64,000 nt of DNA from the human T2T-CHM13v2.0 reference genome, Homo sapiens: contig CP068257.2 in assembly GCA_009914755.4 (NCBI GenBank), forward strand, positions 2,720,001-2,784,000, in the 5' to 3' direction. Position 1 is the stretch's first letter; every line of letters begins with the position of its first letter. The position numbers were made by a program, and so were the translations under genes. Below the pieces are notes generated by a model. That model saw only the letters and a program-made list of their open reading frames with translations, was not told where the DNA came from and made no database searches. This document shows positions 29,101 through 42,540 of the stretch, piece by piece.

Positions 29101-32100
29101 CGTACCATTGTTCTGGAATCCTCTGTTAGGAAAATACATTCAGAACACAGAAGGAGTGTTCTGGAGTCCTATGTGCAGGACAAATATTCAGACCCTCGTA
29201 GCTGTGTTCTGGAATCCTATATGAAGGAAAAACACTAAGAACCCAGCAGCAGTGTTCCGGAATCCTATGTGAGGAACAAACATTCAGACCACAATAGCAG
29301 TGTTCTGGAGTCTTATGTGAGGGACAAACATTCAGATCCTCTTAGAAGTGTTCTGGAATCCTATGTGAGGGGCAAAGTTTTAGAACAAAGCAGCAGTGTT
29401 CTAGAATCTTATGTGAGGGGCAAAGTTTTAGAACAAAGCAGCAGTGTTCTAGAATCTTATGTGAGGGACAAACATTCAGACCACAGCAGGAGTGTTCTAG
29501 AAACCTATGTGAGGGAGAAACATTCAGTCCCAAGGAGCAGTGTTCTGGAATCCTATGTGAGGGACAGACATTTAGACCGACGTAGCAGTGTTCTGGAATC
29601 CTACGTCAGGAACAAACACTCACAACCCAGCGGCAGTGTTCTGGAATCCTATGTGAGGGACAAACATTCAGACCACAACAGGAGTGTTCTGGAATCCTAT
29701 GTGATGGACAAACATTCAGTACCCAGGAGCAGTGCTCTGGAATCTTATGTGAGAGACAAACATTTAGACCCACACAGCAGCGTTCTGGAATCATAAGTGT
29801 GAGACAAACACTGAGAACCTCACAGCATTGTTCTGGAATCCTAAGGGAGGAACAGATATTGAGACCACAGCAGGAATGTTTTGGAATCGTATGTGAGGGA
29901 CAAACATTCAGACGACGGCAGCAGTGTTATGGAATGCTTTGTGAGGGACAAACAGTCACAACCCAGCAGCAGTGTCCTGGAATTCTATTTTGGGACAAAC
30001 ACTCAGACAACAGAAGCAATGTTTTGGAATCCTATGTGATGGAGAAACGTTCAGACTGCAGCAGGATTGTTCTGGAATACCAAGTGAGGCACAGACAACA
30101 GCAGGAGTGTTCTGGAATCCTATGTGAGGGTCAAATTTTCAGTTGATAGCAGTAGTGCTCTGGAATCCTATGTGAGGGACAAACTTTCAGACCCTCGTAG
30201 GAGTGTTCTAGAATCCTTTCTGAGGGACAAACACTCAGAACCCAGCTGCTGTGTTCTGGAATCCAATCTGAGGTACCAATATTCAGAAGAGAGCATTAGT
30301 GTTACGGAATCCTTTGTGATTTACAATCATTCAGACATTCGCAGCAGTTTTCTGGAATCCTATGTGAGGGAGAAGCCATCAGAACCCAGCAGCAGGGTTC
30401 TGGAATCCTATGTGAGAAAAAATCATTCAGAGCACAGCTAGGGTGCTCTGGAATTCTACGTGTGGGACTAGCATTCAGAACCTCGTAGCATTGTTCCGGA
30501 ATCCTAGGTTAGGGAAACACATTCAGAACACAGCAGGTGTGTTCTGGAGTCCTATGTACGGGACAAACATTCAGACCCTTGTAGCAGTGTTCTGGAATCC
30601 TATGTGTGCGGCAAACATTCAGACCCTCATAGCAGTGTTCTGGAATCCTATGTGAGGGACAAGCACTTAAACCCAAGTAGCAGTGCTCTGCAATTGTACT
30701 TGAGGGACAAGCACTGTGAATCCAACAGCAGTGTTCTGTAATCCTGAGTGAGGGACAAACATTCAGACCACAGCAGGAGTGTTCTGGAATCGTAAGTGAG
30801 GAACAAACATTCAGACTCCAGCATGTGTGTTCTGGTATCCTATGTGAGGGAAAATAATTTAGACGCTTGTAGCAGTGTTCTGGAATCCTATGTGAGGGAC
30901 CAACATTCAGACCCTCGTAGCAGTGTTCTGGAGTCCTATGTGAGGGACAAACATTTAGACCCATGTAACACTGTTCTGGAATCAAACATCAGGGAAAAAC
31001 ACTCAGAACCCAAAAGCAGTGTTATGGAATCCTACATAAGGGACAATAATTCAGACCCTCGTAGCAGTGTTCTGGAATCCTATTAGAGGGGCAAACATTC
31101 AGACCCTCGTAGCAGTGTTCTGAATTCTATTTGAGGGACAACACTCAGAACCCAGTGACACTGTTGTAGAATGCTTTGTGTGGGGCAATCATTCAGACCA
31201 CAGCTAGGGTGTTCTGGAATCCTACGTGTGAGACAAACATTCAGATCCTCGTAGCAGTGTTCTGGAATCTTACGTGAGGGACAAACATTGAGACTCTCGT
31301 AGCAGTGTTCTGGAATCCTATGTGAAGGACAAACACTCAGAACCCAGAAGCAGTGATCTGGATTCCTATGTAAGGGACAAACATTCAGACCACAGCAGGA
31401 GAGTTCTCGAAACCTAAGTGAGGAACAAACACTCAGACCACAGCAGGAATGTTTTGGAATCCTATGTGAGGGAGAAATATTCAGACCACAGCAGGATTAT
31501 TCTGGAATCCCATGTGAGGCACAAACACCCAGACCACAGCAGGAGTGTTCTGGAATCCTATGTGAGGGTCAACCATTCAGACAACAGCAGTAGTGTCCTG
31601 GAATCCTATGTGAAGGACAAACATTCAGAACCTCGCAACAGTGTTCTGGAATCGTATGATAGGGACAAACACTCAGAACCCAGCAGCAGAGTTCTGGAAT
31701 GTTATGTGAGAGACAAAATCTCAGACCCCAGCAGCAGTGTTCTGGCATCCTATGTGAGGGATAAACACTCAGAAAGTAGCAGCAGTGTTCTGGAATCCTA
31801 TTAGAAGGACAAACATTCAGACGAGAGCAGGAGTGTTCTGGTATCCTATGTGAGGTACAATCATTCAGTCCCTCGTAGCAGTGTTCTGGAATCCTATGTG
31901 AGGGACAAACATTTAAACTCTCGTAGCAGTGTTCTGGAATCCCATATCTGGGAGAAACACTTAGACACATATAGCACTGTTCTGGATCCCTACGTGAGGG
32001 ACAAATACTCAGAACCCAACAGCAGTGTTCTGGAATCCTCAGTGAGGGACAAACATTCAGACCACAGCAAGAGTGTTCTGGAATCCTAAGTGAGGGACAA

Positions 32101-34289
32101 ACATTGAGACCACAGCAGGAGTGTTCTGGAATCCTATGTGAGGAACAAACATTCAGACACTCGTAGTAGTGTTCTGGAATCCTATGAGAGGGACAAACAT
32201 TTAGACCCATGTACCAGTGTTCTGGAATAGTATGTGAGGGACAAACACTCGGAACCCAACAGCAGTGTTCTGGAATCCTAAGTGAGGGACAAACATTTAG
32301 ACCCACTTACCAGTGTTCTGGAATAGTACGTGAGGGACAAACACTCAGAACCCAACAGCACTGTTCTGGAATCCTAAGTAAGGGACAAACATTCAGACCA
32401 CAGGAGGAGTGTTCTGGAATCCTATCTGAGGGAGAATAATTCAGAACCTCGTAGCAGTTTTCTGGAATCCTATGTGAGGGACAAACATTCAGACCCCAGC
32501 AGCAGTGACCTGAAATCCTATGTGAGAGAGAATCTCTCAGAACCCAGAAGCAGTGTACCAGAATCCTATGTGAGGGCCAATCATTCAGACCATAGCTGGG
32601 GTGTTCTGGAAACCTAAGTGTGGGACAAACATTCAGACCCTCATAGCAGTGTTCTGGAACCCTATGTGAGGGACAAACATTTAGGCCCATGTAGCAGTGT
32701 TCTGGAATCGTACGTGAGGGACAAACACTCAGAACCCAACAGCAGTATTCTGGAAACCTAAGTGAGGGACACACATTCAGACAACAGCAGGATGGTTCTG
32801 GATTCCTATGTGAGGGAGAAACACTCAGAACCCAGCATCAGTGTTCTGGAATCCTATGTGAGAGACCATCAGAAAGACCACAGCTGGTGGGTTCTGGAAT
32901 CCAAGTTTGGGACAAAGATTCAGACACTCGTAGCATTGTTCTGGAATCCTATGTGAGGAAAACACAATCAGAACACAGCAGGAGTGTTCTGGAATCCTAT
33001 GTGCAGGACAAACATTAGGACCCTCGTAGCAGTGTTCTGGAATCCTATGTGAGGGACAAACATTTAGACCCACGTAGCAGGGTTCTGGAATCATACGTGA
33101 GGGACAAACACTAAATCCCAACAGCAGTGTTCTGGAATCCTAAGTGAGGGACAAACATTCAGACAACAGCAGGAGTGTTCTGGAATCCTATGTGAAGAGA
33201 ATAATTCAGACCCCTGTAGCAGTGCTCTGGAATCCTATGTGAGGGACAAACATTCAGACCTTCGTAGCAGTGCTCTGGAATCCTCTGTGAGGGATAAACA
33301 TATAGACCCATATAACTGTTTTCTGGAATCTTATGTAAGGGAAAAACTCTCAGAATCCAACAGCAGTGTTCTGGAATTCTATGTGAGGGAGAAACACTCA
33401 GAATCCAGCAGCAGTGTTCTGGAATCCTATGTCAGGGACAGTCATCCAGACCACAGCGGGGATTTTTCTGGATCCCTACGTGTGGGACAAACATTCAGAC
33501 CCTCATAGCATTGTTCTGAAATCCTATTTGAGGAAGAACATTCAGAATACAGCAGTAGTGTCCTGGAGACCTACGTGCGGGACAAACATACAGACCCTCG
33601 TAGCAGTGTTCTGGAATCCTATGTGAGGGACAAATATTCAGACCACAGCAGGAGTGTTCTGGAATCCTATGTGAGGGACAATAAATCAGATGCTCGTAGC
33701 AGTGTTCTGGAATCCTATGTGAGGGACAATTTTCAGACCCTCATAGCAGTGTTCTGGAATCCCATGTTAGGGACAATCATTCAGACCACAGCTGAGTTGT
33801 TCTTTAATCCTACGTGTGGGACAAGCATTCAGACCCTCATAGCAGTGTTCTGGAGTCCTATGTGCAGGAGAAACATTCAGACCCTTGTAGGAGTCTTCAG
33901 GAATCCTATGTGAGGGACATACATTTAGACCCACATAGCAGGGTTCTGGAATCGTACTTGAGGGACAAACAGTCAGAACCCAACATCAGTGTTCTGGAAT
34001 CTTAAGTGAGGGACAAACATTCAGACCATAACAGGAGTGTTCTGGAATCCTATGTGAGGGAGAATAATTCAGACCCTCGTAGCAGTGTTCAGGAATCCTA
34101 TTTGAAGGAGAAACACTCAGATCACAGCAGGATTCTTCTGGAATCCCATGTGAGGCAAAAACCCACAGACCACAGCAGGAGTGTTCTGGAATCCTTTGGG
34201 TGGGTCAACCATTCAGACCACAGCAGTAGTGTTCTGGAATCTTATGTGAGGGACAAACATTCAGACTTTCGTAGCAGTGTTCTGGAATC

Positions 34290-35270
34290 CTATGCGAGGG
34301 AGAAACACTCAGAACCCAGCAGCAGTGTTTTGGATTCCTATGTGAGGGTCAAATATTCAGACCACAGCAGTAGTGTTCTGGAATCCTTTGTGAGGAACAA
34401 ACATTCAGACCCTCGTAGCAGTGTTTTGGAATCCTATGTGAGGGAAAAACACTCAGAACCCAGCAGCAGTGTTCAGGAATCCTATGTTAGGGACAGTCAT
34501 TCAGACCACAGCTGGGGTGTTCCGGAATCCTACGTGTGGGACAAGCATTCAGACCCTCGTAGCATTGTTCTGGAATCCTATGTTAGTAAAATGCATTCAG
34601 AACACAGCAGGAGTGTTCTGGAGTCCTATGTGTGGGACAAATCTTCAGACCCTCGTAGCCGTGTTCTGGAATCCTATGTGAGGGAGAATAATACAGACCT
34701 TCGTAGCAGGGCTCTGGAATCCTATGTGAGGGAGAATAATACAGACCTTCGTAGCAGGGCTCTGGAATCCTATTTGAGGGACAAACACTCAGATGACAGC
34801 ATGACTGTTCTGGAATCCCATGTGAGACACAAACATCCATACCACAGCAGGAGTGTTCTGGAATCCTATGTGAGGTTCAACCATTCAGACCACAGCATTG
34901 GTGTTCTGGAAATGCTATGTGAAGCAGAAACATTCAGACCCTTGTAGCAGTGTTCAGGAATCTTATGTGAGGGACAAACATTCAGACCCTCTTAGCAGTG
35001 TTCTGGAATCCTATGCGAGGGGGAAACACTAATAACCCAGCAGCTGTGTTTTGGAATCCTATGTGAGGATCAAATATTCAGACCACAGCAGTAGTGTTCT
35101 GGAATCCTTTGTAAGGGACAAACATTCAGACCCTCGTAGCAGTGTTTTGGAATCCTATGTGAGGGAAAAACACTCAGAACCCAGCAGCAGTTTTCAGGAA
35201 TCCTATGTTAGGGACAGTCATTCAGACCACAGCTGGGGTGTTCCGGAATCCTAAGTGTGGGAAAAACATT
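34290..35270. repeat. Second local higher-order duplication with 720-bp spacing inside the satellite
   Basis: The 34290-34540 segment (..GGGTCAAATATTCAGACCACAGCAGTAGTG..AGGGACAGTCATTCAGACCACAGCTGGGGTGTTCCGGAATCCTA..) recurs almost base-for-base at 35010-35260. The offset is 720 bp, or 15 x 48. Confidence 0.7.
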
Positions 35271-38200
35271 CAGGCCCTTCTAGCATTGTTTTGGAATCCT
35301 ATGTGAGGGAGAATAATACAGACCTTCATAGCAGTGTTCTGGAATCCTATTTGAGGGACAAACACTCAGATGACAGTATGATTGTTCTGGAATCCTATGT
35401 GAGAGACAACCATTCAGACCACAGCAGTATTGTATTGGAATCCTAAGTGAGGGAGAAACATCCAGACCACAGCAGGAGTGTTCTGGAATCCTATGTCAAG
35501 GAGAAAAATACAGACCCTCGTAGCCGTGTTCTGTAATCCTATGTGAGGGACAAACACTCATATCCCAGCAGCAGTGTTCTGGAATCTTATGTGAGGGACA
35601 GACATTCAGACAAGAGCGGGATTGTTCTGGAATTAAATGGGTTGGACAAACATTCTGACCCTCGTAGCAGTGTTCTGGAATCCTATGTGAGGGAAAAACT
35701 CTCAGAACCCAGCAGTAGTGTTATGGAACACTATGTGAGGGAGAAACATTCAGAAGACAGCAGGGGTGTTCTGGAATCCCATGTGATGGAGAATAATTCA
35801 GAACCTCGTAGCAGTCTTTTGGAATCCTATGTGAGGGAGAAAATCTCAAAACACAGCAGCAGTGTTCTGGAATCCTATGAGAGGGACAATCATTCAGACC
35901 ACAGCTGGGGTGTTCTGGAATCCTATGTGTGGGACAAGCATTCAGAAACTCGTAGCATTGTTCTGGAATCCTATGTCAGGAAAATACATTCAGAACACAT
36001 CAGGAGTCTTCTGGAGTACTTTGTGAGGGACAAACATTCAGACTCTCGTAGCCGTGTTCTGGAATCCTATCAGAGAGAATAATTCAGACCCTCCTAACAG
36101 GATTCTGGAATCCTTTTTGAGGGACAAACACTCAGACCACAGCATAAATGTTTTGGAATCTTATGTGAAGTAGAAACATTAAGACCACAGGAGGATTGTT
36201 CTGGAATCCCATGTGAGGCACAAACACCCAGACCACAGCAGAAATGTTCTGGAATCCTGTGTGAGGGTCAACCATTCAGATCACAGCAGTAGTGTTCTGG
36301 AATCCTTTGTGAAGGACAAATATTCAGACAAGAGCAGGAGTGTTCTGGAATCCTATGTGAGGGAAAATAATTCAGACCCTTGTACATTTGTTCTGGAATC
36401 CTATGTGAGAGACAAACACTCAGAACCCAGCAACAGTGTTCTGGAATCTTAGGTTTGGGACAAACATTCAGACCACAGCAGGAGTGTTCTCGAATCTCAT
36501 GTGAGGAACAAACATTCAGACCCTCATAGCAGTGTTCTGGAATCATCTCTGAGGTACAAACACTCAAAATCAAGCAGCAGTGTTCTGGAATCCTATCTGA
36601 GGGACAAACATGCAGACCACAGCTGGGGTGTTCTGGAATCCTACGGGTAGGACAAGCATCCAGACCCTCGTCGCATTGTTCTGGAGTCCTATGTGAGGAA
36701 AATACATTGAGAACACGGCAGGAGTGTTTTGAAGTCCTATGTGAGGGATAAATATTCAGACCCTCATAGCGGTGTTCTAGAGTCCTATGTGTGGGACAAA
36801 CATTTAGACCCACGTAGCAGTGTTTTGGAATCATACGTGAGGCACGGACACTCAGAACCCAACGGCAGTGTTCTGGAATCCTAATTGAGGGACAAACATT
36901 CAGACCACAGCAGGCGTATTCTGGAAAGCTATGTGAGGGAGAATAATTCAGACCCTCGTAACAGTGTTCTGGAATCCTATGTGAGGAACAAACATTCATA
37001 CCCCAATGGTAGTGTTATGGAGTCCTATTTGAGGGACAAACACTCAGACCACATCAGGAATGTTTTGGAATCCTATGTGAGTGAGAAACATTCAGACCAC
37101 AGCAGGATTGTTCTAGAATCCCATGCGAAGCACAAACACCCAGACCACAGCAGTAGTGTTCTGGAATCATATGTGAGGGTCAACCACTCAGACCACAGCA
37201 GTAGGGTTCTGGAATCCTATGGAAGGGATAAACATTCAGAACCTCGTAGCAGTGCTCTGGAATGTTACGTGAGGGACAAACATTCAGACCGCCTTAGCAG
37301 TGCTCTGGAATCCTATTTGAGGGAGAAAACTCAGACCACAGCAGGAGTGTTCTGGAGTCCTATGTGAGGGAAAAACATTCAAACCACAGCAGGATTGTTC
37401 TGGAATTCCATGTGTGGCGCAAACCCCCACACCACAGCAGGAGTGTTCTGGAATCCTATGTGAGGACAATCATTCAGACCACAGCTGGGATGTTCTGGAA
37501 TCCTACGTGTGGGGCAAGCATGCAAACCCTCATAGCATTGTTCTGGAATCCTATGTGAGGAAAATACATTCAGAACACCGCTGGAGTGTTCTGGACTCCC
37601 TTGTGTGGGACAAACATTCAGACCATTCATAGCAGTGTTCAGAAATCCTATGTGAGGGACAAACTTTCAGACTCTCGTAGCAGTGTTCTGGAATCTTATG
37701 TGAGGGAAAAACATTAAGACCCTCTTAGAAGTGTCCTGGAATCCTATGTGAGGGAAAAACACTCAAAACCCAGCAGCAGTGTTGTGGAATCCCATATGAG
37801 GGACAAACATTCAGACCGGGGCAGGAGTGTTCTGGAATCCTATGTGAGGTATAATCATTCAGACCGTCAAGGCAGTGTTCTGGAATCCTATGTGAAGGAG
37901 AAACAGTCAGAACCCAGCAGCAGTGTTCTGGAATCCTATATGAGGGACAAACATCAGACCCTCATATCAGTGTTCTGGAATCCTAAGTGAAGAACAAACA
38001 ATCAGAACCCAGCAGCAGTGTTCTGGAATCCTTTGTCAGGGAAAAACATTCAGATCACAGAAGGAGTGTTCTGGAATCCTATGTGAGGGACACACATTCA
38101 GAACACAGCATCATTGTTCTGGAATACTATGTGAGGGACAAACTTTCAGACCACTGCAGGAGTGTTCTGGAATCCGATGTGAGGGACAAACTTTCAGACC

Positions 38201-41200
38201 CCAGAAGAAGTGTTCTGGAATCGTATTTGAAGCACAATCATTTAGACCCACGTAGCAGTGTTCTGGAATCTTACATGAAGGAAAAACACTCAGAACACAA
38301 CAGCAGTGTTGTGGAATCTTACATGAGGGAAAAACACTCAGAACACAACAGCAGTGTTCTGGTATCCTAGGGGAGGGACACACTTTCAGATCACAGCAGG
38401 AGTGTTCTGGAATCCTATGTGAGGGAGAATAATTCAGACCCTGGTAACAGTGTTCTGGAATCCTATGTGAGGGACAAACTTTCAGACCCGAGTAGCAGTG
38501 TTCTGGAATCCTATTTGAGGAACAATCACTCAGATCACAGCAGGAATGTTTTGGAATCCTATGTGAGGGAGACACATTCAGACCACAGCAAGATTGTTCT
38601 GGAATCTCACCTGAGGAACAAACACCCAGACCACAGCAGGAGTGTTTTGGAATCCTATGTGAGGATCAGCCATTCAGACCACTGCAGCAGGGTTCTGGAA
38701 TCTTATGTGAGGGACAAACATTCAGACCCTGTTAGCATTGTTCTGGAATCTTATGTGAGGGACAATAATGCGGACCCTCTTAGCAATGTTCTGGAATCCT
38801 ATGTGAGGGACAAACATTCAGACCCCCGTAGGGAGTGTTCTGGAATCCTATGTGAGGGACAAACACTCGGAATCCAGCAGCAGTGTTCTGGAATCTTATG
38901 TGAGGGACAAACATTCAGACTACAACAGGAGTGTTCTGGACTCCTATGTAAGGGACAAACATTCAGACCCCAGCAGCAGTGCTCTGGAATCCTATGTGAG
39001 GGACAAATATTTAGACCCAAGTAGCAGTGTTCTGGAATCATACGTGAGGGACAAACACTCAGAACCCCACAGTACTGTTCTGGAATCCTAAGTGAGGGAC
39101 AAACATTCAGACCACAGCAGGAGTGTTCTGGAATCCTATGTGAGGGACAAACATTCAGACCACAGCGGCAGTGTTCTGGAATCCTATGTGAGGGACAAAC
39201 AATCAGACCACAGCAGCAGTGTTCTGGAATCTTATGTGAGGGACTCACATTCAGAACCTCGTAGCAGTGTTTTGGAATCCTATGTGAGGGACAAACATTG
39301 AGACACTCTTAGCAGTGTTCTGGAATCCTATGTGAGGGACAAACATTCAGACCCAGCAGCAGTGTTCTGGAATCCTATGTGAGGGAGAAACAATCAGACC
39401 CTCGTAACAGTGTCCTGAAATCCTAAGGCAGGTACAAACCCTCAGAACCCAGCAGCAGTGTTCTGGAATCCTATGTTAGGGACTCACATTCAGAATTTCC
39501 TACCAGTGCTCTGGAATCCTCTGTGAGGGACAGCCTTTCATACTACAGAAGCAGTGTTCTGGAATTGTATTTGAGGAATAAACATTCACAGTACAGCAGG
39601 AGTTTTCTGGTATCCTAAGTAAGGGACAAACATTCAGACCCACTTAGCAGTGTTGTGAAATCCTATGTCAAGGACAAACATTCAGACCCCAGCAGCAGTG
39701 CTCTGGAATGTCATGTGAGGGACAAACATTCGGACCACAGCAGGAGTGTTCAGGAATCCTATGTGAGGTACAAACATTCAGATTACATCAGGAGTATTCT
39801 GGAATCCTATATGAGGGGCAAACATTCAGACCACAGCATCAGCGTTCTGGAATCCAATGTGAGGGACAAACTTTCCGACCACAGCAGGAGTGTTTTGGAG
39901 TCCTATGTGAGGGACTGATATTCAGACCCCCGAAGCTCTGTTCTGGAATCCAAAGTGAGGGAGAAACACTCAGAACCCAGCAGCAGTGTTCTATAATCCT
40001 AGGTGACAGAGAAACATTTAGACCCTCCTGGCAATGTTCTGGAATCCTATGTGAGAGACACACATTCAGAACACAGCAGGAGTGTTCTTGAATCCTAAAT
40101 GAGGGACAAACAAGCAGAACTCAGCAGCAGTGTTCTGGAATTCTATGTGAGGGACAAACATAAAGACCACATCAGGAGAGTTCTGGAATCCTATGTGCCC
40201 AAAAACATTCAGATCCCAGCAGCAGTGCTCTTCGATCCTATGTGAGGGAAAACATTCAGACCCTCGTAGCAGTGTTCTTAAATGCTATGTGAGGGACAAA
40301 CATTCAGAACCTCTTAGCAGTGTTCTGGAATCCTATCTGAGGGACAAACATTTAGACCCAAGTAGCTGTGCTCTGGAATCTTACGTTAAGTACAAACACT
40401 CAGAAACCAACAGCAGTGTTCTGGAATCCTAAGTGAGGGACAAACTTTCAGACCACAGCACGAGTGTTCTGGAATCCTGAGTGAGAGACAAACATTCGGA
40501 ACACAGCAGGAGTGTTCTGGAATGCTATGTCAGGGAGAATAATTCAGACCCTCGTAGCAGTGTTCTGGAATCCTATGTGAGGGACAAACATTCAGACTCC
40601 AGTAGCAGTGTTTTGGAATCCTATTTGAGGGAGAAACACTCAGACCAGAGAAGAAATGTTTTGGAATCCTATCTGAGGGGGAAACATTCAGAACACAGCA
40701 GGATAGATCTGGAAACCCTTGTGAGGCACAAACACCCAGATGACAGGAGGAATGTTCTGGAATCCTATATAAGGGTCAAGTATTCAGACCACAGCAGTAG
40801 TGTTCTGGAATCCTATATGAGGGACAAACATTCAGACCCTCGTAGCAGTGTTCTGGAATCCTATGTAAAAGACAAACACTCAGAAACCAGGAGCAGTGTT
40901 CTGTAATCCTTTGTGAGGGAGAAACTTTCAGACCACAGAAGGAGTGTTCTGGAATCCTAAGTGAGGGACAAACATTCAGACCAAAGCAGCAGTGTTCTGG
41001 ACTCCTATGTGAGGGACAAACATTTAGGCCCACGTAGCAGTGTTGTGGAATCCTATGTGAGGGAGAAACACTCAGAACGCAGCAGCAGTGTTCTGGAATC
41101 CTATGTGAGGGACAAACATTCAGAGCAGAGCAGGAATGTTCTGGAGTCCTATGTGCGGGACAAACTTTCAATCCCTCATAGCAGTGTTCTGGAATCCTAT

Positions 41201-42540
41201 GTTATGGACAAACATTTACAACCATGAGGCAGTGTTCTGGAGTCATACGTGAGGGACAAACACTCAGATCCCAAACTCAGTGTTCTGGAATCCCATCTGA
41301 GGGACAAACATTCAGACCAGAGCAGGAGTGTTCCGTAATCCTATGTGAGGTACAATCATTCAGACCCTCGTAGCAGTGTTCTGCAGTCCTATGTGAGGGA
41401 CAAACACTCAGAACCCAGCAGCATTGTTCTGGAATCTTATATGAGGGACCATCATTCAGACCACAGCTGGCATCTCCTGGAATCCTACGTGTGGGACAAG
41501 CATTCAGATTCTCGTAGCACTGTTCTGGATTCCTAGGTTAGGAAAATACATTCAGAACACAGCAGGAGTGTTCTGGAGTCCTATGTGCGGGACAAACATT
41601 GAGACCCTCGTAGCACTGTTGTGGAATCCTATGTAAGGGAGAAACACTCAGAACCCAGCAGCAGTGTTCTGGAATCCTATGTGAGGGACAATCATTCAGA
41701 CCACAGCTGGAGTGTTCTGGAATCCTACTTGTGGGACAAGCATTCAGACCCTCGTAGCATTGTTCTGTAATCCTATGTTAGGAAATCACATTCAGAACAC
41801 AGCAGGAGTGTTCTGGAGTCCTACGTGAGGGACAAAGATTCAGACCCTCATAACAGTGTTCTGGAATCTTATGTGAGGTACAAACATTCAGACCCACCTA
41901 GCAGTGTTCTGGAATTGTATGTGAGGGACAAACACTCAGAACCCAGCAGCAGTGTTCTGGAATCTTGTCTGACGGACAAACATTCAGACTAGGGGAGGAG
42001 TGCTCTAGAACCCTGTGTGAGGTACAATCATTCAGACCACAGCAGGACTGTTCTGGAATCATATGTGAGGGGCAATCATTCAGACCACAGCTGATGTGTT
42101 CTGGAATCCTACGTGTGGGACAGGCATTCAGACCCTCGTAGCATTGTTCTGGAATCCTATGTTAAGAAAATACAAATGTAAGGCTGAAAGCTGTAAAACT
42201 CCTACACAAAAATATAAGGGAAAAATATGCAACGTTATGCCATTGAATTTGGCAGTGGGTTCTTGACTGCCAGCTGCCCCACATCCCTGGAGCATCCATC
42301 TGCTCACCGCTGCCGGGTGCTGGGTCCTTCCACACCTGTCGCGCTACTTTGTGAGGGGCTCTGAGGGGCACCAACCAGGACCCCACGCTGAGCACAGGGC
42401 ACAGGCCGGGCATTGTCAGGATATTCGCTGGCAGGCTGTCCCCATGCCCGCCTCAGACGCCAGGAGGAAGGGCGGCCTGATCCGAGTCTGCGGAAGGAGG
42501 AAGAAGCACGTTTCCTGAGCCAACAGGGACACAGAGGCGA

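Larger units (their letters stand above)
1..42172. repeat. Tandem 48-bp satellite array (CER-like centromeric satellite), about 880 monomers, ending abruptly at about 42172
   Basis: A 48-bp period is directly visible throughout: ...CATTCAGACCCTCGTAGCAGTGTTCTGGAATCCTATGTGAGGGACAAA... Monomer variants (ACCCTCGTAGCAG / ACCACAGCAGGAG / AACCCAGCAGCAG) recur. There are ORFs on both strands with repeating peptide motifs (VLESYVRDKHSDP... on plus, HRIPEHC... on minus). Assignment to the CER family is from memory of the 48-bp chr22 and acrocentric satellite consensus, not from a search. Confidence 0.9.

Noticed and set aside
1-42172. Dozens of long ORFs (up to 317 aa) on both strands in the supplied ORF track, with repetitive peptides (VLESYVRDKHSDP... 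and HRIPEHCC...)
   Set aside because: They are a by-product of the 48-bp satellite period, which equals 16 codons. Any frame lacking a stop in the consensus stays open for hundreds of bp. The peptides are repeats of the same 16-aa unit with no start context, there is no codon-usage signal, and ORFs overlap on both strands. They are not protein-coding.
1-42172. Possibility that the regularly spaced 48-bp repeats are a CRISPR array or another prokaryotic repeat system
   Set aside because: The repeats are contiguous head-to-tail with no unique spacers. The array is 42 kb long. The flanks contain human L1, Alu, ERV and retrocopies of human genes. It is a eukaryotic satellite.
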